Below the pieces are notes generated by a model, which saw only the letters and a program-made list of their open reading frames with translations, made no database searches and was not told where the DNA came from. From Acidimicrobiia bacterium (lineage in GTDB: Bacteria > Actinomycetota > Acidimicrobiia > Acidimicrobiales > SKKL01), in assembly GCA_041676705.1 (NCBI GenBank), contig JBAYRL010000002.1, forward strand, positions 191,993 to 255,992: DNA of 64,000 bases. The letters run 5' to 3'. How positions within the stretch are numbered: the first letter of the stretch is position 1; the number at the start of each line of letters is the position of its first letter. Shown one piece after another: positions 28,026 to 37,659 of the stretch. The position numbers were made by a program, and so were the translations under genes.

Positions 28026-30180
28026 TGGGTCCCTCCGGGGTCACCTCATTGCGGCTTGCGTCTAGCCTAGCTAGCGCCCTTCTAGTCGATGCCTTCGCCA
28101 GCTCCTTGCCCAGGTCACGGCTGAATTTGCGTCGCCAATTAGGGACTTCACGGTGGGTTCCGGGCACGTTTTGAGGCAGGTCTTCATGCCAAAGGTCTTC
28201 CGCGTTGACCAACACCACCTCAGCCTGACTAGCACCCAGCCATTCCAAACCTGCTTCAAAGGTTTCGACCAGGTTCGTAGAGACGTCTTCAGCAATCACC
28301 CAGTCCGCTTCGCGGTGCTGGGCTTCGCTTGGCTTTGCACCCAAGGCAGCGGAAAGGGCCGCCTTTTCTTTGGCGCGAAGCAAATGCTGCTTCGAAGCCT
28401 CGGCCTCACTGGTGAAACCCAGGTGCACCATCGTTTCAATGTCACGTCCGTGCCACCAGCCAGCAAACGTTGGCATGTCGTGGGTGTTAAAGCTTGCAAC
28501 GGAATCTATGGGGGGCGAGCGTAGGTAACCGTGTTGGTGGGCGAAGGCAGGCTCAAACTGAAGTTCATACATGCCCAGCATTCCCCAGCGGCGCATTAGC
28601 TCGTTGATTTCATCGCTAACGGTCCCCAGGTTTTCGCCTACCACCACGGCTTCGGCACGCCAAGCTTCAATGGCCACGATGGCCATGAGTTCATGCGATG
28701 GGTAACGCACATAAACACCCGTTTTCGCATCGTAACCAGGCGGGATCCACCACAGGCGTTCTAAAGACATCAGATGGTCGATTCTTAATAAACCGGCGTA
28801 GCGGAAATGGTGGCGAAGCGCGCCAATGAAGTCAACATAACGATTTTGTCGTGATCGGATGGGATGTGCCGGAGGGAAGCCCCAGTTTTGGCCACCGCTG
28901 AAAAGGGCGTCCGGTGGAGCCCCGGTGGCAACCTCGGCATAGGCCTGCGGGTTGCTCCAAACGTCATAGCCGTTGGGATTGGCACCCAAAGGCAGGTCTA
29001 ACGCCAGTATTTGACCTCGACCACGCAGCGATGCCGCCAAGTCACGAAGCTGGGTATCAGCTGCTAATTGAAAGTACTCATAACGACGCACCAGGGCTTC
29101 ATCAACCCGAAGGTGCTGAGCGCGGTGCCGTACGGCGTCAATTCCGTGTTGTTCGACGGCCGCTCGAAACCAGGCATAATCCTCAAGCTCAGGATTTTGC
29201 TTCCGAAAAGCTTGTAAACGTTGCTCAATAGCACTGTCACGGCCCAGGGTTTCAGCTATCAACGAATCCACCGTCGCATGCACCAGTGCCGCTGCTTCAC
29301 GGTATTGCACCAAAGGGTTGGCCGCTAGGTTTTCGACTTGGCGACGAACCCGGGCGCTAGCGAGCAAGCGAGCTGTCTGTGGAGCTTCCGCTAAACCTGG
29401 AAGCTGGGCTGGATCTAGATAAAGTTCGCTCCACCAACGGCGACTCAGCGGAGAATATGGGCTGGGCTCGTAAGGTTCTGAAAGATAGGTGGCCAAGAGC
29501 GGCAGAGTCGAAACCACGGTGGCCCCAAAGGTCTGGAACTGTTCGCCCAGCCGGTCGAGATCACTCAGGTTAGCTACTCCCAAGTGTGAAGTACCCGGCG
29601 CACCAGTTGGCGCCAGTGCGTAAAGCGGTGCGAAAACTCCCCATTGCCGAGAAGTCGCGAAACTCGGCAGCCGCGGTGGTGGGGCCAGAACAAGGGGGTT
29701 AAATTGCCTGCCACCAACCTCAATATGCGCTTCATGGTACCCGACCGCAAGGTTGGTGATGTTGGTCACCACAAAACGAGTTGTGGCCGTGTGACCCGCC
29801 AAGTGAATGCCCTCGTACGGTGGCACCTGATCGAGTGAAATCTGGTCACGATGGGTGGTGCCATCTTCGCAATGCACCTCAACGAAAATTTTTGTGCCCA
29901 CCGCTAACTCTCGGTCTAGGCGGAGTACAAAACCCAGCTTCTCGTGGGCGTTTACCACCAGAATTGGCTCAATAACCTGGCTAAATAGAAGTTGATCATG
30001 AGCGTTGATGGCCGTCTCAATTTCTTGTTCGCTCTGCGCTAAGCCCGAGAAGGTGCCAAGCGGAGCGCCTAGTTCAATTAGAACTTTCCATAGAGCCTCG
30101 GGCTGGGCGTGGTGCCACTTGCCAAAAATGTCGTGATAGCCGTTTTGCACACCCCAGCGTTGGGCCAGTTCATTTAGCAT
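28018..30180 (-). CDS. malQ: 4-alpha-glucanotransferase (amylomaltase)
   Basis: [51 protein letters not shown]. Confidence 0.9.
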   Translation of the reverse strand: MLNELAQRWGVQNGYHDIFGKWHHAQPEALWKVLIELGAPLGTFSGLAQSEQEIETAINAHDQLLFSQVIEPILVVNAHEKLGFVLRLDRELAVGTKIFVEVHCEDGTTHRDQISLDQVPPYEGIHLAGHTATTRFVVTNITNLAVGYHEAHIEVGGRQFNPLVLAPPPRLPSFATSRQWGVFAPLYALAPTGAPGTSHLGVANLSDLDRLGEQFQTFGATVVSTLPLLATYLSEPYEPSPYSPLSRRWWSELYLDPAQLPGLAEAPQTARLLASARVRRQVENLAANPLVQYREAAALVHATVDSLIAETLGRDSAIEQRLQAFRKQNPELEDYAWFRAAVEQHGIDAVRHRAQHLRVDEALVRRYEYFQLAADTQLRDLAASLRGRGQILALDLPLGANPNGYDVWSNPQAYAEVATGAPPDALFSGGQNWGFPPAHPIRSRQNRYVDFIGALRHHFRYAGLLRIDHLMSLERLWWIPPGYDAKTGVYVRYPSHELMAIVAIEAWRAEAVVVGENLGTVSDEINELMRRWGMLGMYELQFEPAFAHQHGYLRSPPIDSVASFNTHDMPTFAGWWHGRDIETMVHLGFTSEAEASKQHLLRAKEKAALSAALGAKPSEAQHREADWVIAEDVSTNLVETFEAGLEWLGASQAEVVLVNAEDLWHEDLPQNVPGTHREVPNWRRKFSRDLGKELAKASTRRALARLDASRNEVTPEGPSD

Positions 30181-32167
30181 TGACACCAGTTTCAGAACCT
30201 GCACTCAACTGCCTAAAGATCAAAATATGAGCAGGTGAAACATGAGGACGTAGTTCCACATAGTTGTCGGCACCCGACCAGTGGTAGGTCTCGGCACCCA
30301 GCAAATCAACCACCTCAAAAGGTTGGTTGGCATCAACGTTTAGCTGATCGAAATCGAGCGATATTACGCCAGCTTGGGTGTGGAACGAGTCAGTATTGAC
30401 CACCATTAACACCACGTCACCACTGTTGTCATCTCGTTTGGAATACGCCAATAACGCTTCGTTTGAGCTCTGGTGAAAATGCAGGTTCCGTAGCTGTTGT
30501 AGCGCAGGGTGATCACGACGGATCTGGTTGACCCGTTTAATAACCCCTCTTAGGTTGTAGGGGGCGTCGTAATCCCAAACTCGTTGCTGATATTTTTCAG
30601 AATTTAGGTATTCTTCGCTGCCCAGCGCCGCTGCTTGGGTTTCTACCAGTTCAAAAGCTGGTCCATAGATGCCATAGTTGGCGCTGAGTGTGGCTGCCAA
30701 AACTAGCCGTTGAATGAAGGCGGGCCGACCGCCAGTTTGTAGCTGCTCGGTAAGAATGTCAGGTGTGTTGGGCCAAGCATTGGGCCTAAAGAAATCTACG
30801 ACCGGTGAAGAACTCAACTCGGTGAAATAGTCGCGAAGCTCCCAGGCGCTATATCGCCAGGCAAAGTAGGTGTACGACTGGCTAAAACCAAGCTTGGCCA
30901 GGTGATACATAACCTTCGGTCGGGTGAAGGCTTCAGCCAGGAAGATGACCTCTGGTGTTTCAGAGCGAATAGTGGTGATTAGCCATTCCCAGAAACGAAA
31001 AGGTTTGGTGTGGGGGTTATCCACTCGAAAGATGGTGATGCCAGCCGCTACCCAAAACCGAACAACGTCAGCCAATGCGCCCCACAGTTCGGGCCAAGCA
31101 GCGGTTTCAAAATCAAGCGGGTAAATATCCTGATATTTTTTGGGTGGATTCTCGGCGTATTGAATCGTGCCGTCTGGTCGATGTTTAAACCACTCCGGGT
31201 GTTGGCTCACCCAGGGATGATCAGGCGAGCATTGAAACGCCAAATCGAGGGCCACTTCAAGATTCAAACTGGCGGCAGTGCGCACGAAAGCACCGAAGTC
31301 GTCCATGGTGCCCAACTCGGGATGGATTGCGGTGTGACCACCTTGGTCCGAACCAATGCCCCACGGGCTACCAGGATCGTCCGGTTCTGATTTGGTGGTG
31401 TTGTTCGGCCCTTTTCGAAAGGTAGTTCCGATGGGATGGATGGGCGGCAAATAGACCACGTCGAACCCCATATCGGCCACATACTCGAGATGTTTGGTGG
31501 CGTCAGCCAAGGTTCCGGGGCGTTGCAGTGTCGGCGAGGTGGAGCGTGGAAAAAATTCGTACCATGCACCGTGGGCAGCTCGAGCACGCTCAACCTCAAC
31601 GTGGATGACTTCACCAAAACGACCAATCGGTTCCCTGCTGGCCCAGCGACGCATTAACTGCTCGAGCTCGGGTTTCGCAAGCACGCTTAGATCACCCGAT
31701 TTCAGCCTCTTAGCTAGACGGCTCATCGCGGCACGATCATTGGCAAGAGCATGATTGGTGGCCATACCGACCAATTCGGCACCCACGGCGAGATCAGTCT
31801 TGGTAAGTTCACCAACCTCGTGTTTCTTATGGGCACCATCGAGCCACGAGGCAAAGCGATCTACCCAACCAACCACACTTATTGACCACCGTCCCACTTG
31901 GTTGAGTGGCACACGACCCACGAAACGATCATTTACCAAGGCCGACATTGAGATTTCACTGGTGGTGGTGCCACCAGGTGCCCGTACCCAAAGCGCTGCA
32001 CGGACCTCGTCATGACCATCAGCAAAGACGTCAGCTTCAATCTCTAAGGTCTCACCCACAACACGCTTGAGCGCGAACCTTCCACCGTCAACAATTGGTG
32101 ACACGCTTTCGACCACCACCCGAACAGGGTCTTTGGGGGCCATGGTCTGTGCTTGCGAGCTCGGCAT
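30170..32167 (-). CDS. glgE: Alpha-1,4-glucan:maltose-1-phosphate maltosyltransferase
   Basis: WYEFFPRS, YLPPIHPIG, ENPPKKYQDIYP, FRVDNPHTKP, AEAFTRP, NTPDIL. Confidence 0.96.
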   Translation of the reverse strand: MPSSQAQTMAPKDPVRVVVESVSPIVDGGRFALKRVVGETLEIEADVFADGHDEVRAALWVRAPGGTTTSEISMSALVNDRFVGRVPLNQVGRWSISVVGWVDRFASWLDGAHKKHEVGELTKTDLAVGAELVGMATNHALANDRAAMSRLAKRLKSGDLSVLAKPELEQLMRRWASREPIGRFGEVIHVEVERARAAHGAWYEFFPRSTSPTLQRPGTLADATKHLEYVADMGFDVVYLPPIHPIGTTFRKGPNNTTKSEPDDPGSPWGIGSDQGGHTAIHPELGTMDDFGAFVRTAASLNLEVALDLAFQCSPDHPWVSQHPEWFKHRPDGTIQYAENPPKKYQDIYPLDFETAAWPELWGALADVVRFWVAAGITIFRVDNPHTKPFRFWEWLITTIRSETPEVIFLAEAFTRPKVMYHLAKLGFSQSYTYFAWRYSAWELRDYFTELSSSPVVDFFRPNAWPNTPDILTEQLQTGGRPAFIQRLVLAATLSANYGIYGPAFELVETQAAALGSEEYLNSEKYQQRVWDYDAPYNLRGVIKRVNQIRRDHPALQQLRNLHFHQSSNEALLAYSKRDDNSGDVVLMVVNTDSFHTQAGVISLDFDQLNVDANQPFEVVDLLGAETYHWSGADNYVELRPHVSPAHILIFRQLSAGSETGVNAK

Positions 32168-32207
32168 GCCCCAACACTACTTCTCGCGTTGGGGCCAAGA
32201 CCTAGAG

Positions 32208-33092
32208 CTAAGAGTTGTGGGCGACTGGTTTTTCGGCGGCCGCGGCGGCCGCTTTGGCCCGTGCCGCCTTGCGTCTGGCCTGCGATTCCTTGGTTTCGAT
32301 ATGGCCTTCAGATTGACCCCAACGGAACATCAGAACCGCCATCGTGCTCCACACAATCGGCATGCCGCCAAGCTTCATAATCACTCCAGCTAGCTGTTGA
32401 TCATGCCGGGCGGTTAGGGCGAAGGTGCGCGGTGCTAACTCGTAGGTGGAATAAAGCGGAAAGTCGGAGAAGGTGAGGAAACCACCGGGGATCATCGGTA
32501 TCACTTGGCCCGCAAGGAAGATGTACACCATCTTCGGGAAATAGCCCTTGGCCCGCAGTTCCTCTAGCGGCGAAATCATGGGCGTCCATAGGATTAAACC
32601 GCCCACCACCCATGCAGCGTCTAAAGCAAAAGAGCCAAATTGGTTAGATCGAAAAGCGTCCACCGTCATTGGCGCATGGGTTAACAGCAAAATGGTGTTA
32701 AACAACACCCCCGCCACTAGGGGCTTGGCCAACACCTTGGCCACCCGATAAAGGCGCAGTCGTTCCAGCACCCGGCGAGCCATCCATTCCGGGGTACCAA
32801 GCATCATTAGGGGAACGGCGATCATTCCATAAAGCACGAACTGGAACATGTGCACACTGGCGAGATAGCCCGCACCAAGGGTACCGATAGGCCAATCGGT
32901 TGCAAGCCAATACACGGCTACACCAAGGCCATAAAGGGTGGCGTGATGGCGGGCTCGTGGGTTTGGCCCCGATCGGCGCAGCATGGCCACCGCATAGGGG
33001 ATTGCCAGGAGAAGCACTGAAATCCAGATACCGGGGTAGGCCCGCGGGCTCCACGTCCACGGTTCAGTAATGGTGACACACCACCAAGTCAT
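32208..33092 (-). CDS. ctaG: Cytochrome c oxidase assembly protein (caa3-type CtaG family)
   Basis: Multi-TM; YLASVHMFQF, LLLTHAP, YSTYELAPR, DQQLAGVIMKL. Confidence 0.8.
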   Translation of the reverse strand: MTWWCVTITEPWTWSPRAYPGIWISVLLLAIPYAVAMLRRSGPNPRARHHATLYGLGVAVYWLATDWPIGTLGAGYLASVHMFQFVLYGMIAVPLMMLGTPEWMARRVLERLRLYRVAKVLAKPLVAGVLFNTILLLTHAPMTVDAFRSNQFGSFALDAAWVVGGLILWTPMISPLEELRAKGYFPKMVYIFLAGQVIPMIPGGFLTFSDFPLYSTYELAPRTFALTARHDQQLAGVIMKLGGMPIVWSTMAVLMFRWGQSEGHIETKESQARRKAARAKAAAAAAEKPVAHNS

Positions 33093-33478
33093 GGCTTACC
33101 TCCTGTTACATATTGAAGATAGACGCTTATGTCGTCGAGTTCTTCATCCGAGAGCGGGAACAAAGGCATCCGAGGCATGAACCCTTGAACAATTTCAGCC
33201 CCCGGGTCAGCCACTGAACGGCGCAGGTATTCTCGATCTACAAGCACGCTTCGACCATTTTCAAGGGCCCGTTCGGTTCCCCAAATGTTGCCCCAACCTG
33301 GGCCGAGGCCATCAGTTTCATCTTTGGCATGACAGCCTGCGCAGCCAAATTCTCGGACTAGTGCCTCGCCTCGATCGGCGGCTTTGGCCTCGGCTGATTT
33401 TCCTGTGGTGCTGCAAGCACTTACAAGCAGCACGGTACCAGCTACGGCCGTCAAAAACGCAACGCTAATGCGCCACAT
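33089..33478 (-). CDS. Monoheme cytochrome c lipoprotein
   Basis: Lipobox LVSAC; CAGCH heme motif; LGPGWGNIWG..YLRRSVADP..IVQGF.PRMP. Confidence 0.85.
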   Translation of the reverse strand: MWRISVAFLTAVAGTVLLVSACSTTGKSAEAKAADRGEALVREFGCAGCHAKDETDGLGPGWGNIWGTERALENGRSVLVDREYLRRSVADPGAEIVQGFMPRMPLFPLSDEELDDISVYLQYVTGGKP

Positions 33479-33962
33479 CAGCGTAGGTAACCACCGTGGC
33501 TTCGACCGTTAGCGCCGGACTGTTCTTAAAGAGAAGCTCAACCTCAACCGTGTCGCCTTCGGTTAGCTCGTCAGCTTCTAAGAGCATGATGTGGTACCCA
33601 CCAGGTTCGAAATCGACGGTTTCGCCTGGATCAACCTTCACCTCGTCTTGCTCTTGCATCTTCATCATGCCGGAAGAGTCTTGCGAGCTTTGGTGGATTT
33701 CTACTTCTTTCGCAACGTCGGTTCGGGCTTCTATCAAGGAGTCTGTTTTTGACCCGGTGTTGGTCAACTCGAAATACAACGCCGTATTCGCACCGGCCGC
33801 CACTGGCACCACAGCATTGGTCACGCTGAAAGTTGTTTCACCCGACTCGTCGCTACTGCCACAAGCCGAAACCGCGGCCATGAGAAGCACCAACGCTGCT
33901 AGTACGGCCACCGATTTGCCCAGCATTTCCAAGTTGGCGTTGCCGATGTTTAGTTTTTGCAT
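33465..33962 (-). CDS. Copper chaperone PCu(A)C lipoprotein
   Basis: Lipobox AVSAC; NTALYFEL.N; EIHQ..GMMKM; FEPGGYHIML. Confidence 0.88.
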   Translation of the reverse strand: MQKLNIGNANLEMLGKSVAVLAALVLLMAAVSACGSSDESGETTFSVTNAVVPVAAGANTALYFELTNTGSKTDSLIEARTDVAKEVEIHQSSQDSSGMMKMQEQDEVKVDPGETVDFEPGGYHIMLLEADELTEGDTVEVELLFKNSPALTVEATVVTYADVAH

Positions 33963-33963
33963 G

Positions 33964-34695
33964 TTAGGCCTCGGGGGTGTCATCAAGATCGCGGAGCTTC
34001 AGCAGAATTGGCAGGTCGTGGGCGAACTGGCTTTGCCGGGTTCCAAATGGGTATTGGGTGTAGTTCAAACCGTTTGGAGCATAAGCAATGACCTGTGCGG
34101 CGTGGCCTACGGTGTAGTCGTCGGGGTCGTTGGGGTTGGGTTCATCAAGCACCGCGGGCATAACACCAGCCATAATTTGGGCTTGCTCAATTTCCTCGGG
34201 CGTTCCTGTTAAACCAATGAAAGAACGGTCGAACTTGTCGAGGTAGCTACGCAATACTTCCGGCGTATCACGATCTGGATCAACTGTTACGAACACTACC
34301 CGCACGTTTTTGGTTGAATCGGGCTGTGCCAATATCTCAGAAAGCTGGGCCATATGTACCGGGCAGATATCGGGACAGAACGTGTAGCCGAAATAAAGGA
34401 AGGTAACGGTACCTTCAGTTTCCGCCACCAAATCGAAGGGGTCACCGTTGGTATCGGTAAGCACAATTTCTGGTTTAGGTGACGGTTCAGGCATTTCACG
34501 GCCTGCAAATACTGAACCTTCGGTGATGTGAGGTACCGAGTCATCGCCAGCAGCATTGTTGGTGCTCTGGTTGTTCGAGCTGCAAGCTGCGCTAAGCATG
34601 GCCACGCCTAGGAGCAGCGCTGCGATGAGTTTACTTTTACGACCCAAAGCGGGCCTCCCTGCAATGCGGTGCGGACAAGAAGCAGTGACCATCAT
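33964..34695 (-). CDS. SCO1/SenC-family copper protein (lipoprotein)
   Basis: LSAAC lipobox; YFGYTFCPDICP (CxxxC); VTVDPDRDTPE; YTVGH. Confidence 0.9.
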   Translation of the reverse strand: MMVTASCPHRIAGRPALGRKSKLIAALLLGVAMLSAACSSNNQSTNNAAGDDSVPHITEGSVFAGREMPEPSPKPEIVLTDTNGDPFDLVAETEGTVTFLYFGYTFCPDICPVHMAQLSEILAQPDSTKNVRVVFVTVDPDRDTPEVLRSYLDKFDRSFIGLTGTPEEIEQAQIMAGVMPAVLDEPNPNDPDDYTVGHAAQVIAYAPNGLNYTQYPFGTRQSQFAHDLPILLKLRDLDDTPEA

Positions 34696-34720
34696 GCCTC
34701 AGTACACGTGCAATGCCACC

Positions 34721-35227
34721 TCAGGGAGTGGGCACAACCGTTATATCCAGAGGCGGATCCGGCAGTTTTCCTTCCACAATATCTGGTAAAAACTCCCTCA
34801 AGTTTACCGGCAGTGTTGGAACATCACTGGCCAATAACTCATCCAAACTCCACCATCGTGAGCCGGTGAAAGCTAAGGCTTCCAGTGCTTCTAAGTGAGC
34901 TGGCACGATTTTTTCTTCATAGCCGCACCAGGCAACGTGGATCCGTTCTTTTTGGTCGAAGGTATAACCACCGAATTGGAATCGAGCGTGTTGGGTCCAA
35001 ATACAGGGCCCCATCTCAGCTTCGGTGATACCAGTTTCTTCGTATAGCTCTCGCGCTGCCGCAACATCGCTACTTTCACCAGGGTCCTGGCCTCCTCCGG
35101 GGATTTCCCACCATGGCGGCTTGGCCCGGTTGCCGGGGTCAAATGCACTGAGTAGCAAAATCTTGCGGTCGGGATTGAGCACCACAACCCGGGCCGCTCG
35201 CCTGCCACGCCAACCATCGTCTTCCAC
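34721..35227 (-). CDS. NUDIX hydrolase
   Basis: Nudix box GGGQDPGESSDVAAARELYEETG. Confidence 0.9.
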   Translation of the reverse strand: MEDDGWRGRRAARVVVLNPDRKILLLSAFDPGNRAKPPWWEIPGGGQDPGESSDVAAARELYEETGITEAEMGPCIWTQHARFQFGGYTFDQKERIHVAWCGYEEKIVPAHLEALEALAFTGSRWWSLDELLASDVPTLPVNLREFLPDIVEGKLPDPPLDITVVPTP

Positions 35228-35387
35228 TACTGCCTCCTGGGCTTTTTACGCTGCGGACATTCTGGCTAACCGCAGGCCGTCGTCTTCCACCACTATCGTC
35301 CCGCTCGTTGAAGCTCCGGGGGAGTTCCCCTGAATTTCCGAGGCTGAGACAGCCTGTCAGAACGAGCCTTACACACGGTAAAGATGC

Positions 35388-35807
35388 TCAACGATCACGA
35401 CCAGCATGGTCAATCCCATTTATGACCCACGGCGGTGTGACCGCCGCGAAGGGGTCGGGGATCACCAAGGTTTCACCCACGGTGATGGCGTCGGCATTGG
35501 GTAGGTTGTTGGCCTTAACCAGGGCATCCACCGACACCCCGAATTTGGCGCTAATCCCGCTTAGGCTGTCGCCAGATTCAACGGTGTAACGCGCTGGTCG
35601 CAAGGTGGTGGTCGTAGTTTCAACCGTTTCTACCGTGTTTTCACCTGGGTATTCCTCAATCTCATCAGGATCACCGAGGGTGGTTGAAGTTGGAGTGATC
35701 GATACGAGCTCGAATTCGCCGCAAGCACTGGGAACCGCCAACAACATGAACATCAACAAAAAGGTGCTTATGCGTTGCCTCCGTTTTGGTCCCAAGAAAA
35801 CTGTCAT
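35388..35807 (-). CDS. LysM-domain lipoprotein
   Basis: Signal ending in VPSAC, Thr-rich linker, YTVESGDSLSGISAKFGVSVDALVKANNL..ITVGETLVIP. Start uncertain. Confidence 0.85.
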   Translation of the reverse strand: MTVFLGPKRRQRISTFLLMFMLLAVPSACGEFELVSITPTSTTLGDPDEIEEYPGENTVETVETTTTTLRPARYTVESGDSLSGISAKFGVSVDALVKANNLPNADAITVGETLVIPDPFAAVTPPWVINGIDHAGRDR

Positions 35808-35837
35808 CGGTTCTAGGCTAGAGCTCCGAGAATGCAC

Positions 35838-36821
35838 ATGAGCGTCTACCCTGGAGAAATGGGGATTTCGTTTAATCGTGAGCTCGATTTTGAATACGGC
35901 CGAGTTGATCAGGTTTCACCACTGATCCGAAGAGTCATAGCCAATAATCCAGGTGGCTTCACCTTTATGGGAACCGGCACGTACATAGTTGGCCATGGCA
36001 ACGTTGCGGTAATCGATCCGGGACCAAACGATGCCGAACATTTAGCAGCGCTGCGCCAAGCCCTAGAAGGCGAAACGGTTACTCATATTCTGATCACTCA
36101 CACCCATAGTGATCATTCTCCGGCTGCCGCACCCTTAAAGGAAGAAACCGGCGCGCCTACCTATGGTTTCGGACCGCACCCCAGTGGTGATATCCCAATT
36201 TACTCGGCGAGTGAGCGGGCGGCATTAGCCGAGGCGGCTGCCGAAGCTGAAAAAACCGGTAAGACACCGCCACCCAAAGAAGGCTCTGACCGCGATTTTG
36301 TGCCTGATGTTGTGGTTCACGATGGTGACATCATTGTGGGTCAAGGCTGGAGCTTGGAAGCCCTTCACACCCCCGGCCATATATCAAACCATCTGTGTTT
36401 CGCCCTGGAAAAAGAAAAAACGTTGTTCAGTGGCGACCATGTTATGGGCTGGTCAACCTCAGTTATTAGCGCTCCCGACGGCAATCTAACCGACTACATG
36501 GCTAATCTGCGTCGCCTCCTCGAGCGCGATGACGAAGTGTATTGGCCCACCCACGGAGCTGCCATAACCGACCCTCATCCATATGTTCGTTCGCTGATCG
36601 AGCATCGAGAAGAACGTACCCGCCAAATTTTGGCTCGTTTAGAAGCTGGTGACACCACCATCGATCAGATCGTGGCCGTCCTCTATGCCGATGTCGATAA
36701 GAAACTTCATCCTGCCGCTGGCCGATCAGTTTTGGCGCATCTCATTGCTTTGGCCAACCAGGGGCGTGTTAAAGCACCAGTTCAAAACGAATGGCTAGAC
36801 GGCCAGTGGCATTTGCTATGA
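35838..36821 (+). CDS. MBL-fold metallo-hydrolase with C-terminal winged helix
   Basis: NNPGGFTFMGTGTY, THTHSDHS, HTPGH, FSGDHVMGWST, WPTHG. Confidence 0.9.
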   Translation: MSVYPGEMGISFNRELDFEYGRVDQVSPLIRRVIANNPGGFTFMGTGTYIVGHGNVAVIDPGPNDAEHLAALRQALEGETVTHILITHTHSDHSPAAAPLKEETGAPTYGFGPHPSGDIPIYSASERAALAEAAAEAEKTGKTPPPKEGSDRDFVPDVVVHDGDIIVGQGWSLEALHTPGHISNHLCFALEKEKTLFSGDHVMGWSTSVISAPDGNLTDYMANLRRLLERDDEVYWPTHGAAITDPHPYVRSLIEHREERTRQILARLEAGDTTIDQIVAVLYADVDKKLHPAAGRSVLAHLIALANQGRVKAPVQNEWLDGQWHLL

Positions 36822-37625
36822 GTTGTGCGAGCTTCTAACCGCGAGCACAAAACCCGAATGGTTGTGCACCGTTCGTGTGGCAATGCTGCCCATAGCAACC
36901 CTGGCTAAACCCGAACGTCCATGCGTTGCTAAAGCAATAACTCTCATGTTCGCTTCAGTGGCAAAGTCGACCAACGCGGTTGCCGGGTCTTCCCCTCGGA
37001 GCACTTCCCACTGGACATCAACATCTTCGGGTGCCAAATGGCTGGCCAGACGCTCAAGGTAGGCGCCTTCGTCAATATCTTCACCATGTTGCGCCAAAGC
37101 CGTGGCATCACCTCGAGTTACCACCGACACTAGCCACAACGGCGACTGGCTGGTACGTGCCCAGCTTAGAGCAGCGGGCAAGATGGCTTCGGCTCTTTTG
37201 CTGCCATCAAGGCCAACCAAAACCGGCCCGGCAACTCCGCCGAGCAAATAGGTTTTTGGCCCGACTAAAAGAAACGGGGCATCAACTTCACGAAGGGCTT
37301 CTTCGGCCACCGAACCAAATAACACTCGGCCTAATCCGCTACGACCGTGGGTGGTCATACACACCAACGACCGAGGGTTCTGCACTAGCTCCGCCAGCGC
37401 TGCTACCGGCCCTCGCATGGTGTCTACCACCAGTTTCGGGTCCTCGAAACGAGACTGTAGGGCGCGATCGGCTAGTTCTTGTTCCGCGTGCGCCGCCAAG
37501 TCGGGATGTGCGGCTTGCATTAAGACCAACCTGGCCTGGTGTAATCGAGCCACCTGCACGGCGGGCAGTAAAGAACGATCGGCCCAGTCAGAGCCGTCAA
37601 TTGGAACGATTACCTCGTCAAACAT
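36816..37625 (-). CDS. Universal stress protein (tandem USP domains)
   Basis: IVPIDGS and VGLDGS; MTTHGRSGLGRVLFGSVAE; ATHGRSGLARVAMGSIA. Confidence 0.9.
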   Translation of the reverse strand: MFDEVIVPIDGSDWADRSLLPAVQVARLHQARLVLMQAAHPDLAAHAEQELADRALQSRFEDPKLVVDTMRGPVAALAELVQNPRSLVCMTTHGRSGLGRVLFGSVAEEALREVDAPFLLVGPKTYLLGGVAGPVLVGLDGSKRAEAILPAALSWARTSQSPLWLVSVVTRGDATALAQHGEDIDEGAYLERLASHLAPEDVDVQWEVLRGEDPATALVDFATEANMRVIALATHGRSGLARVAMGSIATRTVHNHSGFVLAVRSSHNS

Positions 37626-37659
37626 GGTGCCACCTCACACTCGCAGACGTGCTCGAAGC

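Noticed and set aside
33496-34212. 238-aa + strand ORF and the many other antisense or nested ORFs in the track (e.g. 36980-37663, 51871-52446)
   Set aside because: Shadow frames of well-supported genes on the opposite strand, with no motifs of their own.
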